64,000 nt of DNA from the human T2T-CHM13v2.0 reference genome, Homo sapiens, in the NCBI RefSeq assembly GCF_009914755.1, contig NC_060926.1, one strand, 5' to 3'. How positions within the stretch are numbered: the first letter of the stretch is position 1; each line of letters begins with the position of its first letter. The translations under genes were made by a program, and so were the position numbers. Below the pieces are notes generated by a model. The model did no database searches, was not told where the DNA came from, and saw only the letters and a list, made by a program, of their open reading frames with translations. Of this stretch, positions 1 through 13,600 are shown piece after piece.

Positions 1-176
1 CATCATAACCCCTAACCCTATTTAAACCTAATAATCCACCTTCTTAGTGCCTGTAACTGGACAGCTGAACATCACTGGAGAAGATCACCCCTGAGCTGCC
101 TGGATTCACTTTGAGTTTGTGACCAGTCATTTGAGGTGGGCACTCAACAGAGCCAGACAAACTTACTACGTCTACT

Positions 177-591
177 GTCTTAAGAGTCCACTAGTGCTGC
201 TGTAACTAAATAGCTGAGACTGGATAATTTATACAGAACAGACATTTATTTATTACAGTTCTGGAGGCTGGCAAGTCCAAGATCAAGGTGCTTTCAAGAT
301 CCATGTCTGGTGAAGGCTCATTCTTTGTAGATGATGCTGACTTGGTGGTCTCACACGGCAGAAAGGGATGGGAGGGCAAAAGGGAGGAGTGCCGTGACCT
401 CACATTATGGAAGAGCAGAAGAGGGTGAACCCACTCCTTCAAGCCCTTTTACGAGGATCTTAATACCATCCATCAGAGCAGAGCTGTCATGACCTAATCA
501 CCTCCCAAGGGCCATACCTCTTAATACTGTTGCATTGGAGATGAAGTTTCAACATGAATTTTGGAGGGGACACCATCATTTAAACTATAGC
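177..591 (-). mobile_element. ERVL-MaLR solo LTR (MLT1A/MST-like)
   Basis: tgtctt...cagttctggaggctggcaagtccaagatcaagg...gacctaatcacctcccaag...aactatagca are typical MaLR LTR segments. Confidence 0.8.
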
Positions 592-1204
592 ACATAGCTA
601 GTAAATTCACTTTCATTTTCCCCAAAGCTTTTATGCCTACTTTTTAATTTTCTCCTCAAGGTCTTAACACTTCCTTCTGCCGTCACTCTCACTGATAACA
701 TTCATAGAGAAAAATATGTACAACTAAGTGAGAATTACTCAATTTTCCTACCACCAAAAGTTTTCGTCTACCCACATCTTTATCTCCATTGCTGCCCATA
801 GGCCTGGACAACAGGGGCCTCCATTGGAAACATGTATTTTAGAGGGTCCTGCTCTTTTCTTGCTCCATCTGTACTCCTTCCTCCTCACAGGGCAAGGAGT
901 CTGGTCAAGCGGACATGCCCACCTAGACCCTGTGCCCTGCCTGCCTTCTAGACCATCTGAGATTGTGAAATTCCCTACGCAGATGGCCAGGAGCTGCAAG
1001 AATGTTTTCTAGGTCCTCCCAGTGGTTTTTCTGCAGACGGTTGATTGCAGAGAGGCCCAGAACAAAGTTCGGATGTCTGGGCTGGGGTGTCCACATTCAT
1101 GTGTGTAAGGCCCCTGACTGTGAAAAATGGAAATGGAGATGGAGGGAGAAGGGGCATGGGCATGGGTTTAAAGACAGGGACCACCCCCCCCCCCATCCCC
1201 ACAG

Positions 1205-1572
<368 letters not shown>

Positions 1573-1589
1573 TCACTCATCAGTCAGCC

Positions 1590-3045
1590 CAATTAAGCAT
1601 CTGTCCTCGTCTTACTCAACTGTCCTGCAGCATTTGACACAATCAGGCATTTTCTCCTTGAAAAAAAATTTTTTAGACTTCCTTGACACTGTGCCCCCTG
1701 GCTTTCCCTTACCTCATTAGTTACTCTTCCTGAGTCTGCTTTCATGAAGTCTCCTTCTCTACCAGATCTCTTAACAATGAAGTGTCCCAAGCAGGACTGG
1801 CCACATCATTCGTGGAGCCTAGTACAAAATGAAAATGTGGGGTCCCTTGATCAAAAATTATTAAGAATTTCAACATAGTGACAGCAAAGCATTACACCAA
1901 GTGCAGGGACCATCTAAGCATGGAGTGCTGTATGACTGTACAGGTTTTCTGTGAAGCTGGCTCCGGTCCCAGGGCTCAGTCCCCCGTCCTCTTCCGTTTA
2001 TCCAACCTTAAAACCTTTAAAGCCCTTTCCATGGCTTTAAGTCCTACCTTAACTTTCATACATTAGCTCCAACGTCTCTTCTGGGTTCTGGATGGCCCCA
2101 CATCTCCACCTGAATATCTCACGGGCTTCCCTCCCCCAGTGTGTCCAACACAGAATTCTGAATCATCCCTCTTCCCACCCCTCCACACCCAGTTCACCTG
2201 CCCTTTGCAAAAGGCTCTACTATTCACCGAGTTGCTCAGGCTAAAAACCTAGAGTCATCTTCATTCATGTTTTCCCCTTCCACTCCAGATCTAATCCACC
2301 AGAAAAGACTTTTGGATTCACCACCAATTTATGTCCTTAATCTGACTATTTCCGTTATCTCCAATGCTGTAAACACTGCCATTTCTTGCCTAGTCTAGGA
2401 AATAGTTAGCTGACTTGGCTTCCTGCCTCCACTCTTGTCCTGGACCATGTATTTTCTGCACAGTGGCCAGACTCGACATCTTTTAAAAGTGGAAATCAAA
2501 TGTGTCAGTTCCTCATTAAAATTTTCAGTATACTTAGGATTAAATTCAAACTCATGATCTATGCCCGTGGGATCAGGCCCCTTCCCCTCTCTCTCCACCC
2601 ACCTGTAGTCCTCTGCTCCTCCCACACTGTGTCCCAGCCACACCCTCCTTCTATTAACAGTTTTCTGAACATCCAGTGCTCATAGCCACCATCTCAAGGC
2701 CTGTCTGCTGTTCTCCCTGAAATGTGCTTCCCAGATCTTACCATGGCCTTTCCTCCACTCCATCCAGTTTTAGTTCAAATATTATCTCTTCAAAGAGGTC
2801 TTTCCTGACCCTAGCATATAATTAGCTGTAATTAGCCCCTGCAAATCCAATCTCTCTTTATCCCATTATCTTACATTTTTTCTTTATACTGTTATTTGTG
2901 CCTGAAACGATCTCATTCCTTTGCATGTTTGCACTAGATCATAAGCTTCTGAAGGCAGGGCTTTGCCTGTTTCATGCACTTTTAGATAGTCACTGCCAAG
3001 AACAGTTTCTGTCACATTACAGGTATCAAAGAGATTTTTGTGGAA
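1590..3045 (+). mobile_element. L2 fragments, interrupted by MER45A
   Basis: gcagcatttgacac, ctcaggctaaaaacctagagtcatc and a CT-rich L2 3' region. Confidence 0.6.
1792..1965 (-). mobile_element. MER45A (hAT-Tip100) with 8-bp TSD
   Basis: caggactggccacat...caaaatgaaaatgtggggtcccttg...gaagctggctccg, flanked by gtcccaag (1784-1791) and gtcccagg (1966-1973). Confidence 0.75.
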
Positions 3046-3644
3046 TAGCCTGCGGCCTGTTAACTTTTCTGCAGCCCAGTGAAATTAAGTAAGTTAAAAT
3101 GAGTCCAAAGCATTTTTTTTTCCTGTCCTTATTAGTGATTGAACAACAGTTTGGTCCAGAGAGAGATATTTCTGACTTTCTTATGGAGAGGGAAGTGGGG
3201 CTTTTGGTTTCTGAAGCTAATTTGGAACAGCATGTGGGTGACTGAGCACTTAGCTATCCCTGAGGGCGGTCAGGTCTTAAGTCATTAAGGCTTAGACTAC
3301 TGAACAGAGCTACAAGGGGTATGTCTTGCTCCTATAATCAAAGTCTTCTTGATGATTGAAACTCAAGTGTGGGCAGAGAAATCCTTCAGACTCAGGGGCC
3401 CTGGGAAAAGTAGCTCTGCTCAGGAATCCAAACATGAGAATTAAACCTCAGTTTTGTAGTATGGGCAGTTAGGTTTAGTGGGTAACTGTGATTAGAGGCG
3501 AGGATGGGCAAGGGAGAGGAAGAAAGAAAGACAGAGAAGCTTAGAGAGAGAGGGAGAGAGATACCAGCATACAGGGGTGAGGGAGAGGCAGATGGAAGGA
3601 AGAAGGAGGAAGAACAAGTGGAGGATGGATGTGGGTGGAAGAGA

Positions 3645-3793
3645 GGACCAATTACATTGGGCCCTATGCTTAGAAGGGTTCCACACTGAATTTGATATTT
3701 TGTTGTGACCATCCTAAAATTCTTAATGATTTTTGAACAAGGGGCTCTACATTTTCATTTTGCACTGGGCTCTGCAAATTATGTAACTGACTG
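3645..3793 (+). mobile_element. MER45A fragment
   Basis: gcttagaaggg...aaattcttaatgatttttgaacaagggg...cattttcattttgcactggg...gcaaattatgtaac. Confidence 0.75.
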
Positions 3794-4145
3794 ACATTCT
3801 GCCACCTTGTATCACAGGAACTAGGTCATCTTTGAGCCATCCCTTGGCCTCATGACCTCCTCCTTCCCCAACTGACTGCACCGTCAGTCCTGTCCACCTC
3901 CTACCTAGATCTCACATTCATCCACTTCTCTTACCTCCCTTTCAAGCCTATATTCCACTGTAAGCCTCTTAACCATTTCCCGTCTTGCAGTTTTCATGGC
4001 CTTTAATTTATTCTCTGTGAGCACCCCAGTGCTTGCGAGTGTCGATAGCTTTGTCGATCAGAGCAGTCACCCTGAGGCTAAAGGGAATCATGCAAAGGCA
4101 GCCTCAGTGCTTGAGCTGAACATTCTCAACTCCTGCACTAAGTTA

Positions 4146-4300
4146 GTGGTTACCAAACGTGGCTGTCCTGGGGAGGTTTAAAAAAATTCACCTGCTCAGG
4201 TTCCACTCCAGAGACATGGATTTAAGTAACAAGGGCTGTGGTCTAGGTATTCGAACTTTTCTAAGCTCCCAAGTGACTGGATATGCAGCAAAGTTTGTGA
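4146..4300. mobile_element. MER5A-like hAT-Charlie MITE
   Basis: agtggttaccaaac...ctaagctcccaagtgactggatatgcagcaaagtttg. Confidence 0.55.
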
Positions 4301-4480
4301 TCTGTGCCATAAGTGTTGCTAAGACCCAGAGCCACAGCACAATGGCAACACATTCCCAAAATGTTTGCAATTTTGTTACTTTATCATAGTGGTTTTGAGT
4401 TTTGCAAAATTTTCTTCTCTAAAAATATACATTAAAACATTATTTAATATTCCAGAGTACAGCTTTGAGTAACCTGGCCC

Positions 4481-5098
<618 letters not shown>

Positions 5099-6391
5099 GA
5101 GCACTTTTTAATTTTTGGAAAATGTGTACCTCCACTGTGAGAGGCGTCTGTGTGTGTGTGTTGTGGTTTGAGTGCCCTGAATTAGTTAAAGGCATTCCTT
5201 CTTCTCTGAGGTTCCCTGCAGACCGGACTGTCTGTGATTCTGCAGATGTCAGGGCTGCACAGAAGAGGGTGGAGGCCGGGCCGGCCCCAGATCCTGCTCA
5301 CACAGGGAATTAGTGTCAGAAGTGACGTGTTAAGGGGTTACTGAAACCAAAGGTGAAAGCTTTTTGCTTATAATGTGAGTAGTGAGGAGGAGGCACTAAT
5401 AATAGTTATTAATGCCACTTGTCAACAGACCCCTGGAAAATAGGACAATACATCCTTTCTCTCCCAGCAAGTCCAGCTGACATTTATTTCACCCGCTTTA
5501 AGCACGAATTACCTGTGGAGTATCCTAGAAGGACTTGTTTTTGGAATAACATTGCAGACTCCAAAAATTGTCTACCGTTTCTGACTCTTTCAATGTCTTT
5601 CACTTGTACACAGTGTCTCATTCCATCCTAAGAGGGGTTAAAGGATGCTCATCCTCACGCTGAGCCCAGGGAGGGTGCAGGACTTGCTCACTCACCCAGC
5701 CAATGGGGGGTGCTGGCCTAATCCCAGGCAGTATTCTGACTCCCAACCCAAACCTATTGTTGGTCCACTAGAGACTTTGGATAGAAACCAGAGGAGAATA
5801 GGAAGGGCCAGGAAAAACTCAGGCATGTAAAACAAGGAACCAATTTTAAGGGTGGAAAGCTAAGGTGGAGATACATAGCATGTATAAATACAACTAAAGA
5901 GCCACGGGCATTTGGCACATTTTAGAGGACAGTTAAGACTCTTACTATCCTCCAGTTAGCAGTAGATTTCCTCCTATTCGCACACCTGCCATTGCCATTT
6001 TCCCTTTCTGTTCCAAACGACTTCAGAATGGCTTACAATTACACCCAGCTAACATCTGTATCAGGTTTATATTCAGTGTCTTTCCCTTTGTGTCCATGGA
6101 TTAGCTTCAGTAAGCCCAAAACCCTCTAGAAATTGTGTGAAAAATTATATGCATATAGGCAGATTCTCAAAGGGGCCTGTAATCTCACAAAGGTTAAAAC
6201 CATTGCTTTATGTTTCCAAGTACAGAAAATCTCCTCATTAAGTAATCCTGTAATAATTAGTCTTCCTGGTCTGGACCAATCCAAGAGCGACAGCTAACCG
6301 GGAAAATCCTAGAATGGCCTGCTGAAGGCTGGTCCTGGCCAGCCACAGGCCTGCTTCCTGTTCATTGCGAGGTGTAAACTGACGCTGGGAG

Positions 6392-6410
6392 TGGCCACTA
6401 GATGGCGGCA
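6392..6410 (+). promoter_or_regulatory. CTCF-binding motif
   Basis: TGGCCACTAGATGGCGGCA closely matches the CTCF core (CCASYAGRKGGC), inside a small CpG-retaining unique patch at 6280-6520. Confidence 0.65.
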
Positions 6411-7313
6411 AACTCAGCCAAGTTTGGCATGGGCTTCCGTTGGCGCTACCAACTGGCAAGCTGTGCAGGTTCCTGGCATCCATTTCATTAGCTTCAAAAT
6501 AACGCGACCACGAATAGTTGATTGAATTTTATACCCCACGTAAAATTCTTCTGGACCTCACTTATTGTGTTGGGGCAGGGATTTACTGTTCTTTCAATTC
6601 ACTTGGTCTTTAAAGCATAGAGGGCAGGCAGCAAAATTACCCTCCACGTCCTGACATCTCTAAGGGAATAAAGCTTGGGACTGCTATAAATAAGGAAAAC
6701 TTGTTAAAGTTCATGAAATCAGCTATGGAAATTGTGGAACATAAGTCATGGTTCCATTTGTTTTATAGAAGTGTAAAAAATGAAATCTGTTCTTCAAGAT
6801 AGAAAAAAAAGAGAAATATTATGAATGCCATTTAAAGGAGACACCTGCCATTTCTGTTTCCAAGTTCCCCTGGGGCCCACAACCTTTTATTTGATAGTAG
6901 GTCTCCAGAAGAGCGGTGGCATTATTGTTATCTCATAGATAAATGTAATGGGCCTCCTTAGGGCTGTTTTCCCAACTCCACCTTTCTAAGGGCTCCTGAC
7001 CCAGTCTCCAAGGATGGTCACTGGCTTGAACTTTGGCTTGAACATTCCCCCTTGGACATAGCCAACTAGAGCAGAATGAACAGCTGACTCAAGCTGTGTC
7101 TATTTCATTTCTCCTCAGTCTGAGGTTCACAGAGAATGGGCATTTGTAAGTGAGTCCTGGAAATCAGAGGGCACTAAGAGGAAGGCCTTTGAACTCTGTT
7201 GAGAACTCAAAACCTGCAAAATGTGCCTTGATTTCTACTCTTCCTGAGCCATGATTTCCAACCCCCCAAATTTCCCTAGATTTTGTGAAATAATATACTA
7301 TGCTTTAAAAATT

Positions 7314-7380
7314 ACACACACATAAATATTATATACATAGTATATATACACAGAGAGAGAGAGAGAAAGAGAGAGAGATA
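7314..7380. repeat. Compound (CA)/(TA)/(GA) microsatellite
   Basis: Visible dinucleotide runs. Confidence 0.8.
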
Positions 7381-7381
7381 T

Positions 7382-7597
7382 CAGGGATTCCCAATCTCAT
7401 CACTATTTTGATCCAGATAATTCTTTATTGTTGGGGGCCATCCTATGCATTGTAGGGTAGTCCCTGGACTTTACCCAGTTGATGGCAGCATCAATCCTCC
7501 CAGTTATGACAACCAAAAATACCTCTAGACATAGCCAAATGTCCACTTGGGGTGGATGGGGGGGGGTGATAAAACCACCCCCCAGTTGAGAACTATT
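7382..7597 (+). mobile_element. MER20 (hAT-Charlie)
   Basis: ccagataattcttt...tcctatgcattgtagg...ccagttatgacaaccaaaaatacctctagacatagccaaatgtcc...cagttgagaac. Confidence 0.85.
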
Positions 7598-8320
7598 AGC
7601 TATCTATCCTTCTATTTATCTGTATCTAGATTAAACCAACTTGATTTGGTACCTGTTTCTTGCAACCAAGATATTAACTGAGACAATGGGAAAATAAAGA
7701 CGTAGAGAAATTATCTGAAATGCTCATATAGTAACACAGCAAGTTGCTGTATGGCGGAATCAAGACTAGATCCCAGAGCTCCTGAACATTAGTGGGTTTT
7801 CTGCTACTTTCCACAAGAGAACTCCTGTGCAGGGTCTTTAACCACACCAACTTGCCCAGCATCTTGCTTTCCTTTGTATTAAAACCCAGTACTACTTGAA
7901 TTATGGAAGGAAACACTCCTGGCTACATTTTCTTATTTGTTTGGGTCATCAAAATAAATAATGTGGGTGGGGATCATGGTAGGGCTTTCTTCACAGGAAG
8001 TTGAAGCAGTGTGGGTTTGTTGCCAGGCGTGGCATCGCATGGCTTTCCTTAGCACCTGTGAAAAGAACAAAGCTAAATGAAGGGGTGCTATCTGTCCACT
8101 CTGAAATGTTACTCCCAGATCACTGGGGTAGATTTAGCTTGATGTTGCTCTTGAATGTAGTCTTTCCCACGTTCTCATGTTTTTTCAGGTTACTTACCTC
8201 AACAAGTCGCTGTAGAATAGTAAATATCACTTAATTTTTTTCATTCAGAACTTCAGAACTTGCATTATCTGTGGAAACATTTGAAGGTCAGGAGGAGGTG
8301 AGAATGTCAGCTCTGTGTAA

Positions 8321-8616
<296 letters not shown>

Positions 8617-8624
8617 ATTTTGAA

Positions 8625-9565
8625 CTGCAATCAGGTGGGTTTTGTTAAATACATACAGCCACGTAACAACCACCACAATCAAGAGTTCCATCACTGTAAA
8701 AAAATTTTCTCCTCTCATCTATTTCTAGTCAGCCCCTCTCACCCAGCCCAAACCTTGGACAACCACTCATTTGTTATCTGTTCCTATGCTTTTTTCAAAA
8801 TGTCATATAAATGAAATGATAATGTGTGTTTTTTGAAGCCTGGTTGCTTTTATTCAGCACAATGCATTTGAGATTCACCCATGTTATGACTTGTATAGAT
8901 AGTTTTGTCCTTTTTATTGTTGAGTGGTATTCTATTGTGTGAATGTATCTATTCATCACTTGAAAGATATTGGGATTGTCTCTAACTTTTAGACATTACG
9001 AATAAACTGTTGTAAATATTTGCTTATAAGTTTGTGTGAGCATAACGTTTTATCTCTTTTGGGTAAATATTGAGGAGTGCTACTGCTGGATCATATGATA
9101 GGTATATATTTAACTTTATAAGAAGCTACCAAATTGTTTCCCAAAGGGGCTGTATCATTTTATGTTCCTACTGGCCATGTATAGAAATTCTGGCTGTTTC
9201 TAATTCTCACTGATCCTTGATATTGTTAGTTTTTTAAAAATTTATGTTAGTTATTCTAATATATTTGTAGTAGTATCTCATCTTGATTTTAATTTACATT
9301 TTCCTAATGACTAAGGCTGTTTGGCCTCATTTCATTTGGTAAAGTCTCAGATCAAAATTTTGCTCATTAAAAAATTTTCTTGTTTTCTTATTGTTGAGTT
9401 TTGTCCTTTTTCAGATATGTGATCTGCAAATATTTTCTCCTAACATGTGGCTTGCTTTTCACTCTCTTAGTGTTTGCTTTTCATTCTCTTAGTTTTAATT
9501 TTGATGAAGTCAAATATCATGTTTTTCTTTTATGGATTGTGCTTTTGGTGTCAAGAGTTGTTTTT
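8625..9565 (-). mobile_element. Old L1 (L1M) 3' fragment
   Basis: gcatttgagattcacccatgtt, ctgctggatcatatgatagg and ttttaattttgatgaagtc are antisense L1 3'UTR/ORF2-end segments. Confidence 0.8.
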
Positions 9566-10619
9566 GATAACCTCAATCCAGTATATTCTGTAAATATTGA
9601 ATACATTTCATAAATATTACAGACTCTTTGAGTCTTTTGTTCAACTCCTGCTTGCAATGGTTTGCAAACATTTTCTTTTATTTTTTCTCTCCAGCACTGC
9701 CCACATGAACACACCCACACACTTAAGCATTATAAACACAGATTTCCTGTGTTACTCTGAACTCTCAACCCTCCTTTTCCAGGCCTCCTCCCAAAGATCA
9801 TAAAAGCCACATTTTCCAAAATATCTTTTATCACTCAGAGAAAAGTGCTGGAAGATTGTAATGACCAGTGCTATTTTTATGGCAGAACACTCCAAAATAA
9901 AAAAATATATATCATACTGGATTCTCTTTTTCAAAATTATGCAAGTTAATTCAAAATGGCATTCTGAAAACTCACCGCCCGCCAATCCATCAATCCCAGG
10001 TATAGCATAATACATGCTATGTATTAACTGAATTTAATGTTAAAGTCAATTAATTAGCTACATTTATCTATTTGTATTTTGAAACCTCTTCCCATATATT
10101 AAAAGGAACAGAAATTTTTGCATGCTTTTTCTTGAGTCTGAGTACAACTTCTACCTACCGCTCTTGCGTCTGATTTTAAGTTGGCTTGTTTCACAGTTGA
10201 TACAATAAGAAAATGCCAAGAAAGAGGAGTGGGGGTAATGGTTGAGTTAAAAAGTTGAAAGAGGAAAAATTTGATTTGTTCTTGAGCACACGGAGCAAAT
10301 CCCTTTCTTTTGTTTCTACAATTTTACGTTAAGATATTTACTATTTCTTTTCTAAATGTATCCTAAACAAGCTTATTATAAAACATGTTATTTTATGTTT
10401 GATGAATCTCTATTTGGTATATGCATTAAATTTAATGAAATTATACCCTTAAAATATAGCTCATAGAGGATTATGTGTACATGGCAGAATCTATCCCGCC
10501 ACCTAGACAACAATTACTCTTTCCAAGTCTGTCTGATGTATCTATTTTGGGACCCTGATGTCTAATCAAAATTGGCAACTTCCAGAAGGAGGCTTGGACA
10601 GTGAGTTGTACTTAATTTC

Positions 10620-13600
10620 AGTGAGTTTCAGCTCTTAACACAATAGTGGCTGCACATCCTCTACCCCTAGCCCTGTGGCAGGCTTTCCAGATGTGCATAC
10701 ATTCCAGTAGCAGCTTGTGCTCAACGTGCAGGGGCCGAATGGGAAAAAATGAACCCTGTCCTACAAATAACAGGGATCTATGTTGTGATCACTGATGCCT
10801 GCCTCTGATCACAAAGGTACAGACAAAGAAATGGCAACCATGTGTTTGCAACTCTCCCTATTGTTGTAAGCACCTCCCCCTCTGGCTGAAGTGACTTCCA
10901 GGGGATTTAAAGAGCTTGTGCCTTTTCCTGTGTCTCCTTCATTTTTCTCCTTTTCCCTTTTTGGGAGCCAGACATTGAAGACTAAGACATTCAAAAGCAA
11001 CCACATATATGGGGTAAGTTGGAAAGACATTGAACTTGCCCAGGGGAAGGTGCAGCCTCAGAAAAGACCTAAGAAGACTCTTAAGTGTGCAGTTCAGGCT
11101 GATCCTTGGCAACCTACAACAATTACAATAAACAAACAAAATCCAGCAAATCCTTGAGGAAGGGAGACAATCTGATTTCCAGAGTTACCATATCATTAGA
11201 TTCAGATATCCAGTTTTTAGCAAAAAATTATGAGGCATAAAAAGAAACAAAAACGTATGGCCCACTCAAAGGGGAAAACAAAGACCAACAGAAACAGTGC
11301 CTGATGAAGACCTGATGGCACATCTACTAGACAAAGACTTTTAAAAAAATCTTAAAGATGCTTAAAAAACTGAAGGAAAATTTGGAGAAAGTCAAGAAAA
11401 TGGTGTATGCATTAAATGAAAATATCAAAAAAGAGATAGAAAACATAAGAAAGAAACTAAAAAGAAATGCGGGAGCTGAAAAGTACAATAACTGAAATGA
11501 AAATTTTAAAAGAGGGATTCAAAGGCAGATTTGAGCAGGCAGAAGAAAGAATCAACAAACTTGTAGATAAGACAGTGAAAATTATCAAGTATGAGAAATA
11601 CAAAGAAAAAAATATAAGAAAAGTGATCAGAGCCTAAGAGACATCTGGGTTACCATTAAGTGGACCAGCTTACTCATTGTGGGAGTCCTAAAAGGAAAAG
11701 AGAGAAGGGTGCAGAGAGAATATTTGAAGAAATAATGATGGAAAACTTCCCAAATTTGATGAAAGACATGAATATAAACATCCAAGAAGTTCAATGACAG
11801 CTGATGAACTGAAAGAGACCCACATCGAGATACACTATAATCAAACTATCCAAAGTCAAAGAGAATTTTGAAAACAGTGAGGGAAAACTGATTTGTCTCA
11901 TACAAGGAATTTTCAATAAGATTATGGGCAAATTTATCGTCAGAAACTTTGAAGGCCAGAAGTAGTGGTCTGATATATTTAAAGTGCTATTTTTTTCAGC
12001 TGTCAACTAGAAATTTTATACGCAGAAAAAATATTCTCCAAAAGCAAGGGAGAAATTAAGACATTCTCAGATAAACAGAAGCTGAAGGAGTTTTTTACTT
12101 GTCTTTGCAGTAAATGCTAAAGGGAGTCCTTCCTGCAGGTTGATATAAAAGGACACTAAACAATAACTTGATGCCATATGAAGAAAAAAAGATCTCAGCA
12201 AAGGTAAATACATCTATGATTATAAAAGTCAGAATTACTATAATGATGGTATGTAACTCCACCTTTGTTTTCTGCATGATTTAAGGGGCAATCATTTTAA
12301 AAACAATTATTAGTCTGGAAGCTAGCATTATTGTCAGTCTGGTTTGTAATTTCACATTTTGTTTTCTACACAATTGTGGAGACATGAAAAATTATTAGTA
12401 TATAAAGATGTAATTCTGAGACATCTGCAACTTAAAGGGGTGGGGTGCAGAGCTGTTAAAGGAGCAGAGTATTTGTATGTTATTAAAGTTAAGTTCATAT
12501 AAATTTAAATTAGAATATCATCACTTTAGGATAGTAAGTGTAATCCCAATTGTAACCAAAAGAAAGTAGCTAAATAATATAGACGTACACAAACACGAAG
12601 GAAGAAAGTTAAATCTTTCACTACAAAAAAATCAACTAACACAAAAGAAGATAGTAATGCAGGGAATGGAGGACAAAAAAGCTGTAAGGTATGTAGAAAA
12701 TAAATAGCAAATTACAGAAGTAAGTTGCTGCTTGCCAGTAATTACATTAAATGTAAATTAGACTAAGCTCACCATTAAAAAGACAAAGATTGGCAGAATG
12801 GATAAGAAAACAGCCCACCTATACGCTGTCTACAAGAGACTCACTTTAGACCCAAAGATACAAATAGATTGAAAGTGAAGATAGAGAAGGATATTTCATG
12901 TAAATAGTAACCAAAAGAGAATGAGTGACTATACTAATATCAAAGAAAATGAACTTTAAATTTAAAAAATGCTACAAGAAACAAAGAAAAACATTATACA
13001 TTAATAGATTGCTCAGTACAATGAGAAGATATAACAATAATAAACATTTACACATCAAATAACAGACCATAAAAATATATAAAGCAAGCATTGATAAAAT
13101 TGAAGGGAGAAATAGGCAGTTCTATAATAATGTTGGAGACTTCAATACTCCACTCCAATAATGAATAGAACAACCAGACAGAAGATAAGTGAAGAAATAG
13201 AGGACTTGAACAACACAATAAACCAACTAGATCTAAGAGACATATACAGAACAATCTATCCAACAACAAAATACACATTCTTGTCAAGTGCACATGGATA
13301 TTTTCTAGGATAGACCATATATTAGGACACAATTTAAGTCTCAATCGATTTTAAAAGGTAGGTATCATACAAAGTATCTTCTCCAGCCACAATGGGATAA
13401 AATTAGAAATTAATAAAAGAAGGAATAGTAGAAAATTCTGAAAATTGTGGAAATTAAACAATACACTATTAAACAAACAATAGATCAAGGAAGAAGTCAC
13501 AAAGATGGTTAGAAAATACTTAGAGGTGAATGAAAACAAAAACACTACATGTCAAAACTATGGAAAACAGAGAAAGCAGGAGTAAGAGGGAAATTGATGG

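Noticed and set aside
6-31. Telomere-like ccctaaccct
   Set aside because: Fewer than two full units; chance match in old repeat-derived sequence.
1792-3793. Two inverted MER45A copies as the ends of a composite transposon
   Set aside because: The first copy has its own 8-bp TSD, so these are independent insertions.
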